Positions 40,061 through 49,414 of a stretch of 64,000 bases of DNA are shown one piece after another. Location: NCBI GenBank assembly GCA_965226375.1, contig CBDDCX010000008.1, positions 1,664,001-1,728,000 of the forward strand, given 5' to 3'. The notes below the pieces were generated by a model. It saw only the letters and a program-made list of their open reading frames with translations. It was not told the DNA's origin and ran no database searches. Origin of the DNA: Longimicrobiales bacterium. Its GTDB lineage: Bacteria; Gemmatimonadota; Gemmatimonadetes; Longimicrobiales; Gaopeijiaceae. The position numbers were made by a program, and so were the translations under genes. Every line of letters begins with the position of its first letter. The first letter of the stretch is position 1.

Positions 40061-40462
40061 TTACGAGGAGTGGTGCGGTGGAGGCTGGGGAAACGGTGCG
40101 AGATAGTCGTTGGCAGACGCAAAGAATGCGCCGTGGTCACGGAGGCCGAGAATCCGCACGGTATGGGACCGCGGCGCGGATGCGATTCGACCGCTAGAAA
40201 GCAGGGCATCGGATCCGGGATTGCACCCATCTACGCACGAGCAAGAAGCGCTCTCGCTATCGTCAGGCGAGTCTTCCTGGAGTCCGTGCCCGGAGTGTAG
40301 AGCCTCCGCAGGAGCTGAAGGTATCGCTCCGTGTGCGCCGACCTCGACGTGGGAGTGCTGGGGACACGGTTGGATTCCCTGGGCGATCGAGGAAAACAGG
40401 AAGACGGCACACGGCAACGCACGCCAGAGGCTCTTCCTAAGTCCGTCGATGGCTCCGCCCAT
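40061..40462 (-). CDS. Cys/His-rich small protein, DUF2946-like architecture
   Basis: N-terminal hydrophobic segment, CPQH, His-rich linker, CSCVDGC, C-terminal LAPFPQPPP. Confidence 0.55.
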   Translation of the reverse strand: MGGAIDGLRKSLWRALPCAVFLFSSIAQGIQPCPQHSHVEVGAHGAIPSAPAEALHSGHGLQEDSPDDSESASCSCVDGCNPGSDALLSSGRIASAPRSHTVRILGLRDHGAFFASANDYLAPFPQPPPHHSS

Positions 40463-40899
40463 AACCCAATCCCGATCTCTACGATCTCCACTTACCGACG
40501 TTGCTGGGGCCGAAGGCCCCGGTATCTTAGGAGGGTCGCGACGTTATCAACTCAACCCGACCTCTCCCTTCATGGTGATAGCTTGAAGCTAGAAGGGCAT
40601 TGGGGCCTTGTCTACCGGGAAACGGCTACATCGGAAGGACCTCTTTTGAGCCCATGGACGCTTTGATCTTCCGAGCGGCCACGGCCGCGGATCTGCCTCG
40701 TCTCGTCGAGATGCTGGCCGACGATGCGCTGGGTGCGATGAGGGAGCGCTCCGAAGATCCCCTCCCCGACGCCTACTGTGACGCGTTCGCCGCGATCGAG
40801 GCCGATCCCGCGAACGAACTCGTGGTCGCTTTGAGCGACGGGAGGCTTGTCGGCTTTCTCCAACTGACCATCATTCCCAACCTCACGTATATAGGGAGA

Positions 40900-41966
40900 A
40901 TGGGGTATTGCCTTAAGTCCACCGCCCACTACATGTTGTGGTCATGGCGGTTCCGGCTTCTCAGCTCCGTGGCGGCGTGGACTATCCCCGTACGCGGCTG
41001 GAGCTGGACGAGTTCTTCCCCGACGATGCGGCATGCCTGGAGTACGTGGAGGGTCTGCGCTGGCCGGAAGGGTTTGTGTGCGTGGGCTGTGGCGGGTTGG
41101 GAGAGGTCTGGCGAGCATCGCGGGGGCGTCTCGTCTGCCCACACTGTCGAAGGCAGACCTCGGTGCTGGCGGGAACCGTGTTCCACCGCACGCGCTCGCC
41201 CCTGCGTCTGTGGTTTCTCGCTGCCTGGGAGCTCACGAGCCAGAAATACGGAGCCAATGCTCTCGGGCTCCAGCGCGTGCTCGGACTGGGAAGCTACAAG
41301 ACAGCGTGGGTCTGGCTCCACAAGCTCCGCCGGGCCATGGTCCGACCGGATCGCGACCAGCTGAGCGGCGTTGTGCAAGTGGACGAGAGCTATGTCGGGG
41401 GCGTGGAGGCTGGAGTGCGGGGCCGCGAGACGATCAAGAAGGCCATCGTCGCGATCGCCGCCGAGGTCGACGGACGCAAGATCGGGAGAATACGGCTGCG
41501 TTGGGTGCCCGACCTCTCCGCTCCGGTTCTGCGAGGCTTCGTCAAGGATAGCATCGCACCGGCAAGCACGGTGCATACCGACGGATGGCCAAGCTATCAG
41601 GGACTCGCCAAACTGGGCTTTCGCCACACGGTCACGAACCTCTCGACCTCCGGCGATCCCGCTCACGTGCTCATGTCGGCCGTACATCGGGTGGCGTCTC
41701 TCCTCAAGCGCTGGGTCCTCGGAACCCTCCAAGGAGGGATCGCCCGCGAACACCTCCCCTACTATCTGGACGAGTTCACCTTTCGCTTCAACCGACGCAC
41801 ATCCCGGGCTCGCGGCCTGTTGTTCTACCGCTTGCTTGAGCAGGCTGTTCAGTGTGCTCCCACGCCAGCTTCGGCCCTTTACCTCGGCACCGGACGTGGG
41901 AAACGGCCCGCAGAGCCCCGGTAACCACTATATCTTGGGGTCGGTGGACTTAAGGGAATACCCCCT
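40900..41966 (+). mobile_element. IS1595-family insertion sequence (1067 bp)
   Basis: IRs ATGGGGTATTGCCTTAAGTCCACCG / AGGGGGTATTCCCTTAAGTCCACCG, 8-bp TSD TAGGGAGA at 40892-40899 and 41967-41974. Confidence 0.95.
40938..41924 (+). CDS. IS1595-family transposase
   Basis: Zn ribbon (C..C, C..C), HTH, VDESY, HTDG, YLDEFTFRFNRR. Confidence 0.95.
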   Translation: MVMAVPASQLRGGVDYPRTRLELDEFFPDDAACLEYVEGLRWPEGFVCVGCGGLGEVWRASRGRLVCPHCRRQTSVLAGTVFHRTRSPLRLWFLAAWELTSQKYGANALGLQRVLGLGSYKTAWVWLHKLRRAMVRPDRDQLSGVVQVDESYVGGVEAGVRGRETIKKAIVAIAAEVDGRKIGRIRLRWVPDLSAPVLRGFVKDSIAPASTVHTDGWPSYQGLAKLGFRHTVTNLSTSGDPAHVLMSAVHRVASLLKRWVLGTLQGGIAREHLPYYLDEFTFRFNRRTSRARGLLFYRLLEQAVQCAPTPASALYLGTGRGKRPAEPR

Positions 41967-42355
41967 TAGGGAGAAATCGAGCACTCATCGAGGGGGTACG
42001 AGTCGCGGCCGGAATCCGAGGACACGGAGTCGGTCAGGCCCTGGTAGAGTGGGCGGTCGACCGAGCCCGAGAGCGCGCATGCCACCTGATACAACTCACC
42101 ACGGACAAGACGAGGCCGGCAGCCCTCCGTTTCTACGAGAAGCTGGGCTTCGAGGCGACCCACGAGGGCCTGAAGCGCCACCTCGGGTCCGGCCAGGATG
42201 ATTCTCGGACCACCGAGTAGCCGGATTCGGCCGGCCAGGGTCGGGTGTACGAAAACGTGGCGACGAACACACAGTGATAGTAACGTTGGAATATCCCCCC
42301 CCGGACAAAAATTCGACCCGCCTGAACACTCGATCCCTGCTGGGAGTCTGAGCCC

Positions 42356-42904
42356 TTGTCTACCGAACTGGTTCTCCTCATCGAGGACAACCATGAACAC
42401 GCGACCCTGATTCAGGCCCTCCTGGACTTCCGTTCTCTCGACAGCCCGGTGTTCGTAACAGCCAGCGTGTCGGAAGGACGTGCCTACCTGGCCGGCGATT
42501 GGCCTTTCGACAATCGGCATCGTCACCCTCTACCAGGTCTGATCGTCCTCGATCACTGGCTACTCGACGGGACCGGGTTGGAGATCCTCGAGTGGCTCCA
42601 AGAATACGATGAGCTGTCGTCGATTCCGATCGTGATCTTTACAGCGTGCGTGGACAAGAAGGTGGAGAAGCGGGCACGTGAGCTCGGCGTTCGTGAGTAT
42701 CTCGTCAAGCCCGAGGGGTACGGAGAGCTGGCCGTGGCGATCGAGCAGATTCTTCGTCCGCCGCGGCGATTCCGAAGTCGGTCAGGGCTATCCGGCCCGT
42801 GTCGTCCTCCACCAGGGCGTTGTCGGGGCGCACGTCTCGATGCACGATTCGCTTCGCGTGCGCGCCGGCGAGTCCGTTGGCTATGCCCAGGACAACGCGT
42901 CTGA
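42356..42904 (+). CDS. Single-domain response regulator. The natural stop seems lost and it reads into the antisense of the kinase remnant
   Basis: LLIEDN, IVLD, IVIFT, YLVKP receiver motifs ending near 42760. Confidence 0.75.
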   Translation: MSTELVLLIEDNHEHATLIQALLDFRSLDSPVFVTASVSEGRAYLAGDWPFDNRHRHPLPGLIVLDHWLLDGTGLEILEWLQEYDELSSIPIVIFTACVDKKVEKRARELGVREYLVKPEGYGELAVAIEQILRPPRRFRSRSGLSGPCRPPPGRCRGARLDARFASRARRRVRWLCPGQRV

Positions 42905-44063
42905 TGTCCTCGTCCCCTAGCTGGCTTCCCGAGGCAAGCCAGTCGGCGAGGCTCGTACCCTTGATCCCCTCCATCACCATGTAGGGCAATTCGTTCTTCA
43001 AGACCCCGGTCCGGAAGACCGAGGCTACGTTCGGATCCGAAACCCGAGCCGCGGCCTGGGCCTCACGGATGAACCGCTGCCTGGCCGTCGTGGTCTCGGC
43101 ATGTTCAGGCCGTAAGACCTTGATCGCCACAAGCCTGCGGAGACTCACCTCGCGCGCCAGATAGATTTCGGCCATCGCCCCTTCGCCGATCTTGCGAACC
43201 ACGTCGAACTCTCCGGCCACGGTCGCCTCGAGCAGTCCACGAACGCCCCGATTCGTATTCACCGGCACTGGGTCCGGGTCCTCATCCCCGCCCGTGATCG
43301 CGACGGGCGCTTCGGTCGGAACAGACGAAATACCGGGTTGCTGGGCGCCGAGCTCCTCATCGTTTCCAGCCCGGATCCGCTCGATCAGGCGGTGCATCTC
43401 CGCGAGAGGGCTGACCTCCAACTCACGGCGTAGGGTACGCTCGAATTCATCGAACTGGCTGAGTGCCTCGGAGCGGTGCCCGGCATCGGCGAGTAGCTTG
43501 ACCAGCGTATGCTGTGCCTCATCGTCCAACGGGTCGCACTCGACCCAGAAGTAGGTCACCTCGAGCGCTCCTTCGAGATCCCCCCGCCCTACACGAAACT
43601 CCACCTCAGCGCGCTGGGCGTTTCGGCGCATTCGGTCGATCGCTGAGCGGCGGCGGTCCACCCACTGCTGAAAATCGGGAGAGTCCACTAGATAGGTCCC
43701 CTCCAGGAAAGGCCCCAGATACAAGCTCAGGGCTTCCTGATATTTCTCGGACTCGACAGCCCGAACGAATCGTGTGGCGTCCGACTCCAAGTCACCGACT
43801 CGGAGTACCTCTCCTGTCGATTCGACCCAATCTTCTCCCAGATCCTTCCGCAGTTCATAGAGCGTCTGGCTCAGTGAATGGCGGGCCTTTTCGGGAGAAC
43901 TCTCCGGCCAGACAAGGCCCATCGCGGCGTCGCGAGTGGTCTCTCCCTCGAGTGCGATGTGAAGTAGGAGGGCGCACCGCGTCCCCCGGACCGAGTAGGA
44001 CTTCAACTCCTCGGATCCTCGAAACACCTGGAGTCTGCCCAGGGTGTTGAGGCGAACGGTCAT
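42705..44063 (-). pseudogene. SARP/BTAD transcriptional activator domain fused to a Ser/Thr kinase, truncated after DFG
   Basis: BTAD N-terminus, IGEGAMAEIY, VAIK, HRDVRPDN, TDFGIA, then loss of homology (no APE motif or C-lobe). Confidence 0.8.
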
Positions 44064-44686
44064 GGTAGAGGTCCTTCAGGCCTCGTCGGAGCGCCGCCCG
44101 GGGGAGAAACGAGGGTACTGGGCCAATCCACCCATCGTCTCCCCTCGGGCCTCATCCGCTACCGCGATCCCAGTTTGGACGCTCAACAACAGCGTTACTA
44201 CGACCACGGCCACGACTCGGCAGCGCATGCACCCTCTGGGTCTGTCCAGCCCTCGGGGCTACTGACGGGCGAGCCGGGTACCGTCTGACGAACGCCATGC
44301 CGGATCCCCGACGGAGTCCATCATGAAACGCGCCGTGCTTCTCGCTGCACCCCCTTCGCCCCAGGAGTAGCGGATGTGCCCTCCGAAAGAACTGTCACGA
44401 AGAACCTTCCTGGGCGCCGCGGTAGGCGGGGCGGCGCTATCGGGTGGCAGGCCACCGCTCAACGGGCTTATGCAGCCCGCCACCGGCCGCTTAAACCTTC
44501 GGGAGCCCGGCCCCATGCTGCCGCCGGTCCCCGCCCTTCTTCGGGATGACCGCCGGAAGCGGCGAGTTCTATACGATAGGTCGAGCCGTGGGCCACATCG
44601 GAAAGACCGTGGGCCGCTCGGACATTCGGTACTGATGGAATCCTAGTGTGCTACACCACACTAGAGATGAGGTTTTCCCGGCTCCG

Positions 44687-45856
44687 TCACAACACCCAGA
44701 TCGGGTTCGTGAAGATCCAGGGGACCTGGCCGCGCCCCAACTCGACGTAGACTTCGAGTCTATACACTCCAGGCTCAGACAACGCCCCGGAGTCGTACTC
44801 GGGTCCTCGGCCCTCCGAAACCATCGACCCATCCCGATACAGCTTTACGATGGTGGGAGCCGCGATGTCTGGAACGGACGCGGTGACACGGACACCGTTG
44901 GCCTCCCAGGCAAGCTCTCCCCCCAGCGTCACCGACTCGTCGAGGTTCACGGCCTCGGCAGAGAAGCCCGCGGCATCGGCGATTCCGTCCAGAGCGCAGA
45001 AACTGCGACCGAAGCGTAACGCCTCGATCACGAGGGCCGCATCGTGGGCCGCATCTCCGGTGGGTGCAGCACTGAGGAGCACATGTTGGCGCGCCAGGTT
45101 GAACAGGTCCCGGTAGGCAGGGAACGGCAGGACCAACTCACCGGTCAGGGGCACGTTGGAATGCGCATCCACCGAGCAGACGCCCGGCACCCGGTGGCCA
45201 TCCGCAAGCAGCTGGTCCCAACGCTCGAGAGTGGCAGTCGGCCGGTCGAGAAGCTCCAGCATGGCGGATACCGGATCGGCCGGCAGAAGCAACAGCGCCT
45301 TGGGCCAGTCACCGAACCCATCATCACGGAGTTCCGTGTCCCAGTTCCAGATCTCGAGGGCATCGAACCCGGCGGGGTCCCAATCCTGCCACGGTTCACC
45401 AGGACCCTCGGGGTGGGCGACGATACGAAGGCCTGTACCCGCCGGGACCGAAGATCCCAACGGCAGACCCCGCTCCTCCGCTTCGACACGGCGCGCCCGT
45501 CTTTCTTCCGGATCGTCCCCCCCGAGGACCAGCATGTGGCCGGCAGGCACCCGCGCCTCTTCTCCGAGCACCATGAGAGGGCCATCCGTATACTGGGGTC
45601 CCGGCATGGCCCACAGGTTGTGGTCCGTAATGGTGACAAAGTCGAGGCCGGTCACCCGCGCGGCCTCCGCAACCTCGGCCAAGGTTCCACCTCCGTCCGA
45701 CGCCACGGTGTGGACGTGGATGGCCCCCACCCACTCGAACTCTCCGCGAGCCGACGGCGCTTCGAGCGGCAAACGGGTTGTTACGGAGACCACAACGGCC
45801 AAGACGAACGCCAGCAATCCGGTCGCCAGCGTAATCTTCAGCAGGTGCGTCAGCAT
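44687..45856 (-). CDS. PHP-domain (CehA/McbA-like) metallohydrolase
   Basis: HVHT..SDG, ITDHN, AHP, DAH, WIFTNPIW. Confidence 0.8.
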   Translation of the reverse strand: MLTHLLKITLATGLLAFVLAVVVSVTTRLPLEAPSARGEFEWVGAIHVHTVASDGGGTLAEVAEAARVTGLDFVTITDHNLWAMPGPQYTDGPLMVLGEEARVPAGHMLVLGGDDPEERRARRVEAEERGLPLGSSVPAGTGLRIVAHPEGPGEPWQDWDPAGFDALEIWNWDTELRDDGFGDWPKALLLLPADPVSAMLELLDRPTATLERWDQLLADGHRVPGVCSVDAHSNVPLTGELVLPFPAYRDLFNLARQHVLLSAAPTGDAAHDAALVIEALRFGRSFCALDGIADAAGFSAEAVNLDESVTLGGELAWEANGVRVTASVPDIAAPTIVKLYRDGSMVSEGRGPEYDSGALSEPGVYRLEVYVELGRGQVPWIFTNPIWVL

Positions 45857-46183
45857 GGCATGTCGGAGCCGCGCAAGACGATTGCGGCACGGGAGGGGAA
45901 GCAGAGGCCCATACTAGATGCTAAGGAGCCTCTCGAGTTTCTGGAAGGCGCGTCTCAGGGGCTCAGCGCAGAGTCCGGCCTATCCGGGTCGACGGCCCCG
46001 TCACCCGCTGCCCGGCAGCGCCGGCCCAACCTGATACGGAAACGGGGGAGGGTTGCCCCTCCCCCGCCGGTGCGGCACGCAAACGATCAGCTCTTCCGTC
46101 CGCGATTTCGGAGGGGATGACGGCCGTCGCGGGTCGACAAGTCGACTTCGAATGACTCGCCATCTACGGACATGGTAGCGAAT

Positions 46184-46831
46184 TGTGTACCGTTGAAGGT
46201 AATGACCACGTGTCTGGTACGTGGGTACAGCCTACCCTGATCCTTTACACAATGGCCTACACTGATGGTTGACAGGTTCCTATCAACCAGGGTTCTGCAA
46301 CAAGGAGAGCCCGATGGACTGGAACCGGTCGACCATGTACGAGCAAAGAGTACGCTTCATCCTCGAAGTGCAACAACGGACGTTCAGTTTCGCCGAGTCC
46401 TGTAGGCGCTACGGTATCAGCAGGACCGCGGGATACACCTGGTGGAATCGCTTCCGCGCAGAGGGATTCGAGGGACTGCAAGAGCGATCGCGCCGACCCC
46501 ATCACTGCCCGCACGCCGTGGAGGAGCCGATCGTCGAACACGTCGTCGACCTGCGTCAGCGCTACGGATGGGGATCACGCAAGATCCGTAAACTCACAGC
46601 TGAGAAGTTTGGCTCGGCCCCAGTTCGCAGGACGATCGATCGCATCTTCGAGCGTCACGACCTGATCACGAAGAAGCGCAGACGCTCCGGCAAACCGGGC
46701 CACCCCGGCAAGCCGCTCACTGCGATGGATGAGCCCAATGCGGTCTGGACCGTCGACTTCAAAGGGCAGTTCAAGATGCGCAACGGTCGCTACTGCTACC
46801 CCCTCACGATCCAGGACGGCTTCAGCCGGTT
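46184..46831 (+). mobile_element. IS481-like element, left part only
   Basis: TGT-start left end with short degenerate repeats, followed by a transposase cut by the IS3-like copy. Left boundary approximate. Confidence 0.7.
46314..46831 (+). pseudogene. IS481-family transposase, truncated
   Basis: MDW...EQRVRF, CRRYGISR.AGY.WW.RF, PNAVWTVDFKG, YPLTIQD..SRF, then a break. Confidence 0.85.
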
Positions 46832-46871
46832 CGGAACCTGTCAACGACAATGGGACACTCTACGGGATTAA

Positions 46872-47879
46872 TTAGAGAGCAATGTCCTGTGTGGTGAGGG
46901 AAGGGATGGGAGGATTGATGAAGACGGCCTCCGGGAGCGGTTTGGGCTTCGGCACACCTCTGACGAAGCGTTCGGGATGAGCGGCCCATGCTTCGCGGAG
47001 CACGGATTTCCTGCCGGCAATGACCTGATCGGCGTTCCCGAAGTGGACCTGCTCGGGGGTTAGCATCGAGATGCCGCCATGGCGGTGCTCGGCATTGTAC
47101 CAGCGGAAGAACGATCGACAGAACGTCTTGGCTTGGCCCTGATCCCCGAACCGTCCGGGAAACGAGGGATGGTACTTCAAGGTTTTGAACTGAGCCTCGG
47201 AAAACGGGTTGTCATCCGACACCTGAGGCCGGCTCAACGAGCGGGTCACGCCGAGGTCAGCGAGAAGTTGAGCGGTGCATTGGCTCGTCATTGGAGCTCC
47301 CCGATCCGAGTGCAGGGTCAGGACCCGGGGCTGGACGCCATGCTTCAGGCAGCTCTGCTGGATCAACCGGCCGGCCAGGGCCGAGTTCTCCCGGTCCGCC
47401 ACCATCCAGCCCACGACGTAGCGGCTGTAGATGTCCATGATGACGTAGAGGTAGTAATAGCTCCACTTCTTCGGCCCGAGCAGCCGCGTGATATCCCAGG
47501 ACCACACCTGGTTCGGCGCCGTGGCCATCAACTCGGGCTTCTTGTACTCGGGATGGGTGCGCTGCGCCCGGCGTTCCTGAACCGGCACCTCGGAGGCCAG
47601 AACACGATACATCGTGCGTTCGCTGCACAGGTAGACCTCTTCGTCGAGCAGCGTGGCCACCACCTCGGCGGGTGAGCGGTCCACGAACCGCTCCGAACAC
47701 AGCGTGTCGAAGACCTCGCCTCGTTCCGTCTCGCTCAATGCCCGGGCGGGCGTCGGGCGGGGCTGCTGTTGCCCGGTTGATGGGCCTCGACGACGGTACA
47801 ACGTCGATCGGGAGACCTCGAGGGCCGCGCACGCCGGTTTTACACCGACGTGCTTAGCCAGCTCATCGGCCGCCTTCAA
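46872..47879 (-). CDS. IS3-like transposase OrfB (rve/DDE)
   Basis: PNQVWSWDIT, DIYSRYVVGW, HSDRG, DNPFSEAQFKTLK. Confidence 0.95.
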   Translation of the reverse strand: MKAADELAKHVGVKPACAALEVSRSTLYRRRGPSTGQQQPRPTPARALSETERGEVFDTLCSERFVDRSPAEVVATLLDEEVYLCSERTMYRVLASEVPVQERRAQRTHPEYKKPELMATAPNQVWSWDITRLLGPKKWSYYYLYVIMDIYSRYVVGWMVADRENSALAGRLIQQSCLKHGVQPRVLTLHSDRGAPMTSQCTAQLLADLGVTRSLSRPQVSDDNPFSEAQFKTLKYHPSFPGRFGDQGQAKTFCRSFFRWYNAEHRHGGISMLTPEQVHFGNADQVIAGRKSVLREAWAAHPERFVRGVPKPKPLPEAVFINPPIPSLTTQDIAL

Positions 47880-48325
47880 GAGTTTGTCCCGTCGTCGAGG
47901 CTTATCCCCAGCAGCCCCGCAACTTTTCCCTGCACGTCGATGATCAGGTGTGCCTTCCTGAGCTCATTCCCGAGCCGTGCGTTTCGCCGCTCCAGCTTGC
48001 GTACCTTCTCATCCAGCGGATTTCGCTCCGGCTTGCGGCCGCGTTTCTTCGACAGGGCCTTCAGCGACCCGCTATGCGCCGCCTTGCGCCACGTCGTCAG
48101 GTGCGACGAGTACAGGCCCTCTCGCCGCAGGACTTGACCCACCTCGCCGGGCTCGGTGCACCGGTCCGCTTCTTCGACGATCCGCAGCTTGTACGACGGA
48201 CTGAACCGCCGCCGTAGCGGCCTATCTACTACCTCCGGGTCCGCAGGAGCTGCCGCGCTTCGCTTGGCCTCCCCGGTTCCAGGGGCACTACCATTCTCTG
48301 CCATTCTCTCTCGCAGTCCCAACAT
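47876..48325 (-). CDS. IS3-like transposase OrfA (HTH)
   Basis: RRRFS..YK..IV.E, LRREGLYSSHL, coiled coil. Confidence 0.9.
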   Translation of the reverse strand: MLGLRERMAENGSAPGTGEAKRSAAAPADPEVVDRPLRRRFSPSYKLRIVEEADRCTEPGEVGQVLRREGLYSSHLTTWRKAAHSGSLKALSKKRGRKPERNPLDEKVRKLERRNARLGNELRKAHLIIDVQGKVAGLLGISLDDGTNS

Positions 48326-48611
48326 GTTCGTTTTCTCTGCCTTCGCCCTACTCTAATTCTTTGCGTGCTCCGTGTCTCACGTACGTTGGCAGAGAGGGCC
48401 GCCTGACCGCCACGATCCTGCAGATTTTCCTCGGGGGGTGTCGGCACTTCTCATCCGATGGAAAGCCTCGCACATCGTGTCTCGACTCACGCTGGAAACA
48501 CCTCCTTGTGGACGGAGCAGTGACTCGTCGAAACGGGCCACCCGCCCTTCCCTGCAATGTGTTATCGTTTTTGGCTGAAACCCGCAGAACCACAACGAGC
48601 AAGGACAGGAC

Positions 48612-49412
48612 ATGACGGACAAGACATTGGTCCACTACGACGTTCAGGACCGCGTGGCGGTTCTCACTCTCGACGACCCGCCCGCGAACACCTACACCCA
48701 CGAGATGATGGTCCAGCTCGACCAGGCCATCGTACGGGCTCGCTTCGACGAGGACGCGGAGGTGATCGTGGTCACCGGTGCCGGTGAGAAGTTCTTCTGC
48801 GCCGGTGCCAACATCCAAATGCTCTCCGAGGTGACGTCGAGCTTCAAGTACTGCTTCTGCCTGCACGCCAACGAGACCCTGAATCGGTTCGAGCATACGC
48901 CGAAACTGGTCATCGGCGCGCTTAACGGGCACACTGTCGGCGGCGGACTCGAGATCGCCATGGCCTGTGACATTCGGGTCGCACGAAAGGACGGAGGGCA
49001 GTGCGGCCTCCCCGAAGTGGCACTCGGCGTACTCCCCGGCACGGGCGGCACACAGCGGCTCGTCCGCATTGTCGGGAAATCGAAGGCCATCGAACTGATG
49101 GCGGGTGGAGACACGTTCGGCTTCGACAAGGCGCTCAAGCTCGGCCTGGTGAACCAGCTCATCGACGCCGAGAGCCGAGACGACTTCATGGCCAAGGTCA
49201 TGGAGTACGCAAAGCAGTTCACGACCCCGAACAAGGCGGTTCGAGCGGTCGGCAACATCAAGCGTGCCGTCCAGTCCGGCGCCGAGATGCCTTTCGAGCT
49301 CGCACTGACCTTGGAACGAGAGCTGCAGCAGCAGCTCTTTCAGAGCCAGGACGCCAAGGAGGGGCTTGCCGCCTACGTGGAGAAGCGTAAGGCCGAGTTC
49401 ACAGGCAAGTAG
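48612..49412 (+). CDS. Enoyl-CoA hydratase/isomerase
   Basis: FCAGA, GGGLEIAMACD, LPEVALGVLPGTGGTQRL. Confidence 0.92.
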   Translation: MTDKTLVHYDVQDRVAVLTLDDPPANTYTHEMMVQLDQAIVRARFDEDAEVIVVTGAGEKFFCAGANIQMLSEVTSSFKYCFCLHANETLNRFEHTPKLVIGALNGHTVGGGLEIAMACDIRVARKDGGQCGLPEVALGVLPGTGGTQRLVRIVGKSKAIELMAGGDTFGFDKALKLGLVNQLIDAESRDDFMAKVMEYAKQFTTPNKAVRAVGNIKRAVQSGAEMPFELALTLERELQQQLFQSQDAKEGLAAYVEKRKAEFTGK

Positions 49413-49414
49413 TC

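Larger units (their letters stand above)
40654..42220 (+). pseudogene. GNAT acetyltransferase interrupted by IS1595
   Basis: Removing 40900..41966 and one TSD restores ...LTYIG-RNRALIEGVRVAAGIRGHGVGQ...QLTTDKTRPAALRFYEKLGF in frame. Confidence 0.9.
46832..48398 (-). mobile_element. IS3-like insertion sequence, copy 1 (1567 bp, no target duplication)
   Basis: Reverse complement of 59472..61038 (same ORF translations and ends). Flanks are GTT and CCG. Confidence 0.93.

Noticed and set aside
45960..46180. Riboswitch or small RNA upstream of the PHP gene
   Set aside because: Only an isolated GC hairpin (GGGGGAGGG/CCCTCCCCC) with no recognisable aptamer motif
46268..46282. Third end of the IS3-like element (GTTGACAGGTTCC)
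   Set aside because: The match is short and lies among degenerate ~13-bp repeats of the IS481 left end. Adjacent IS3-like sequence is absent
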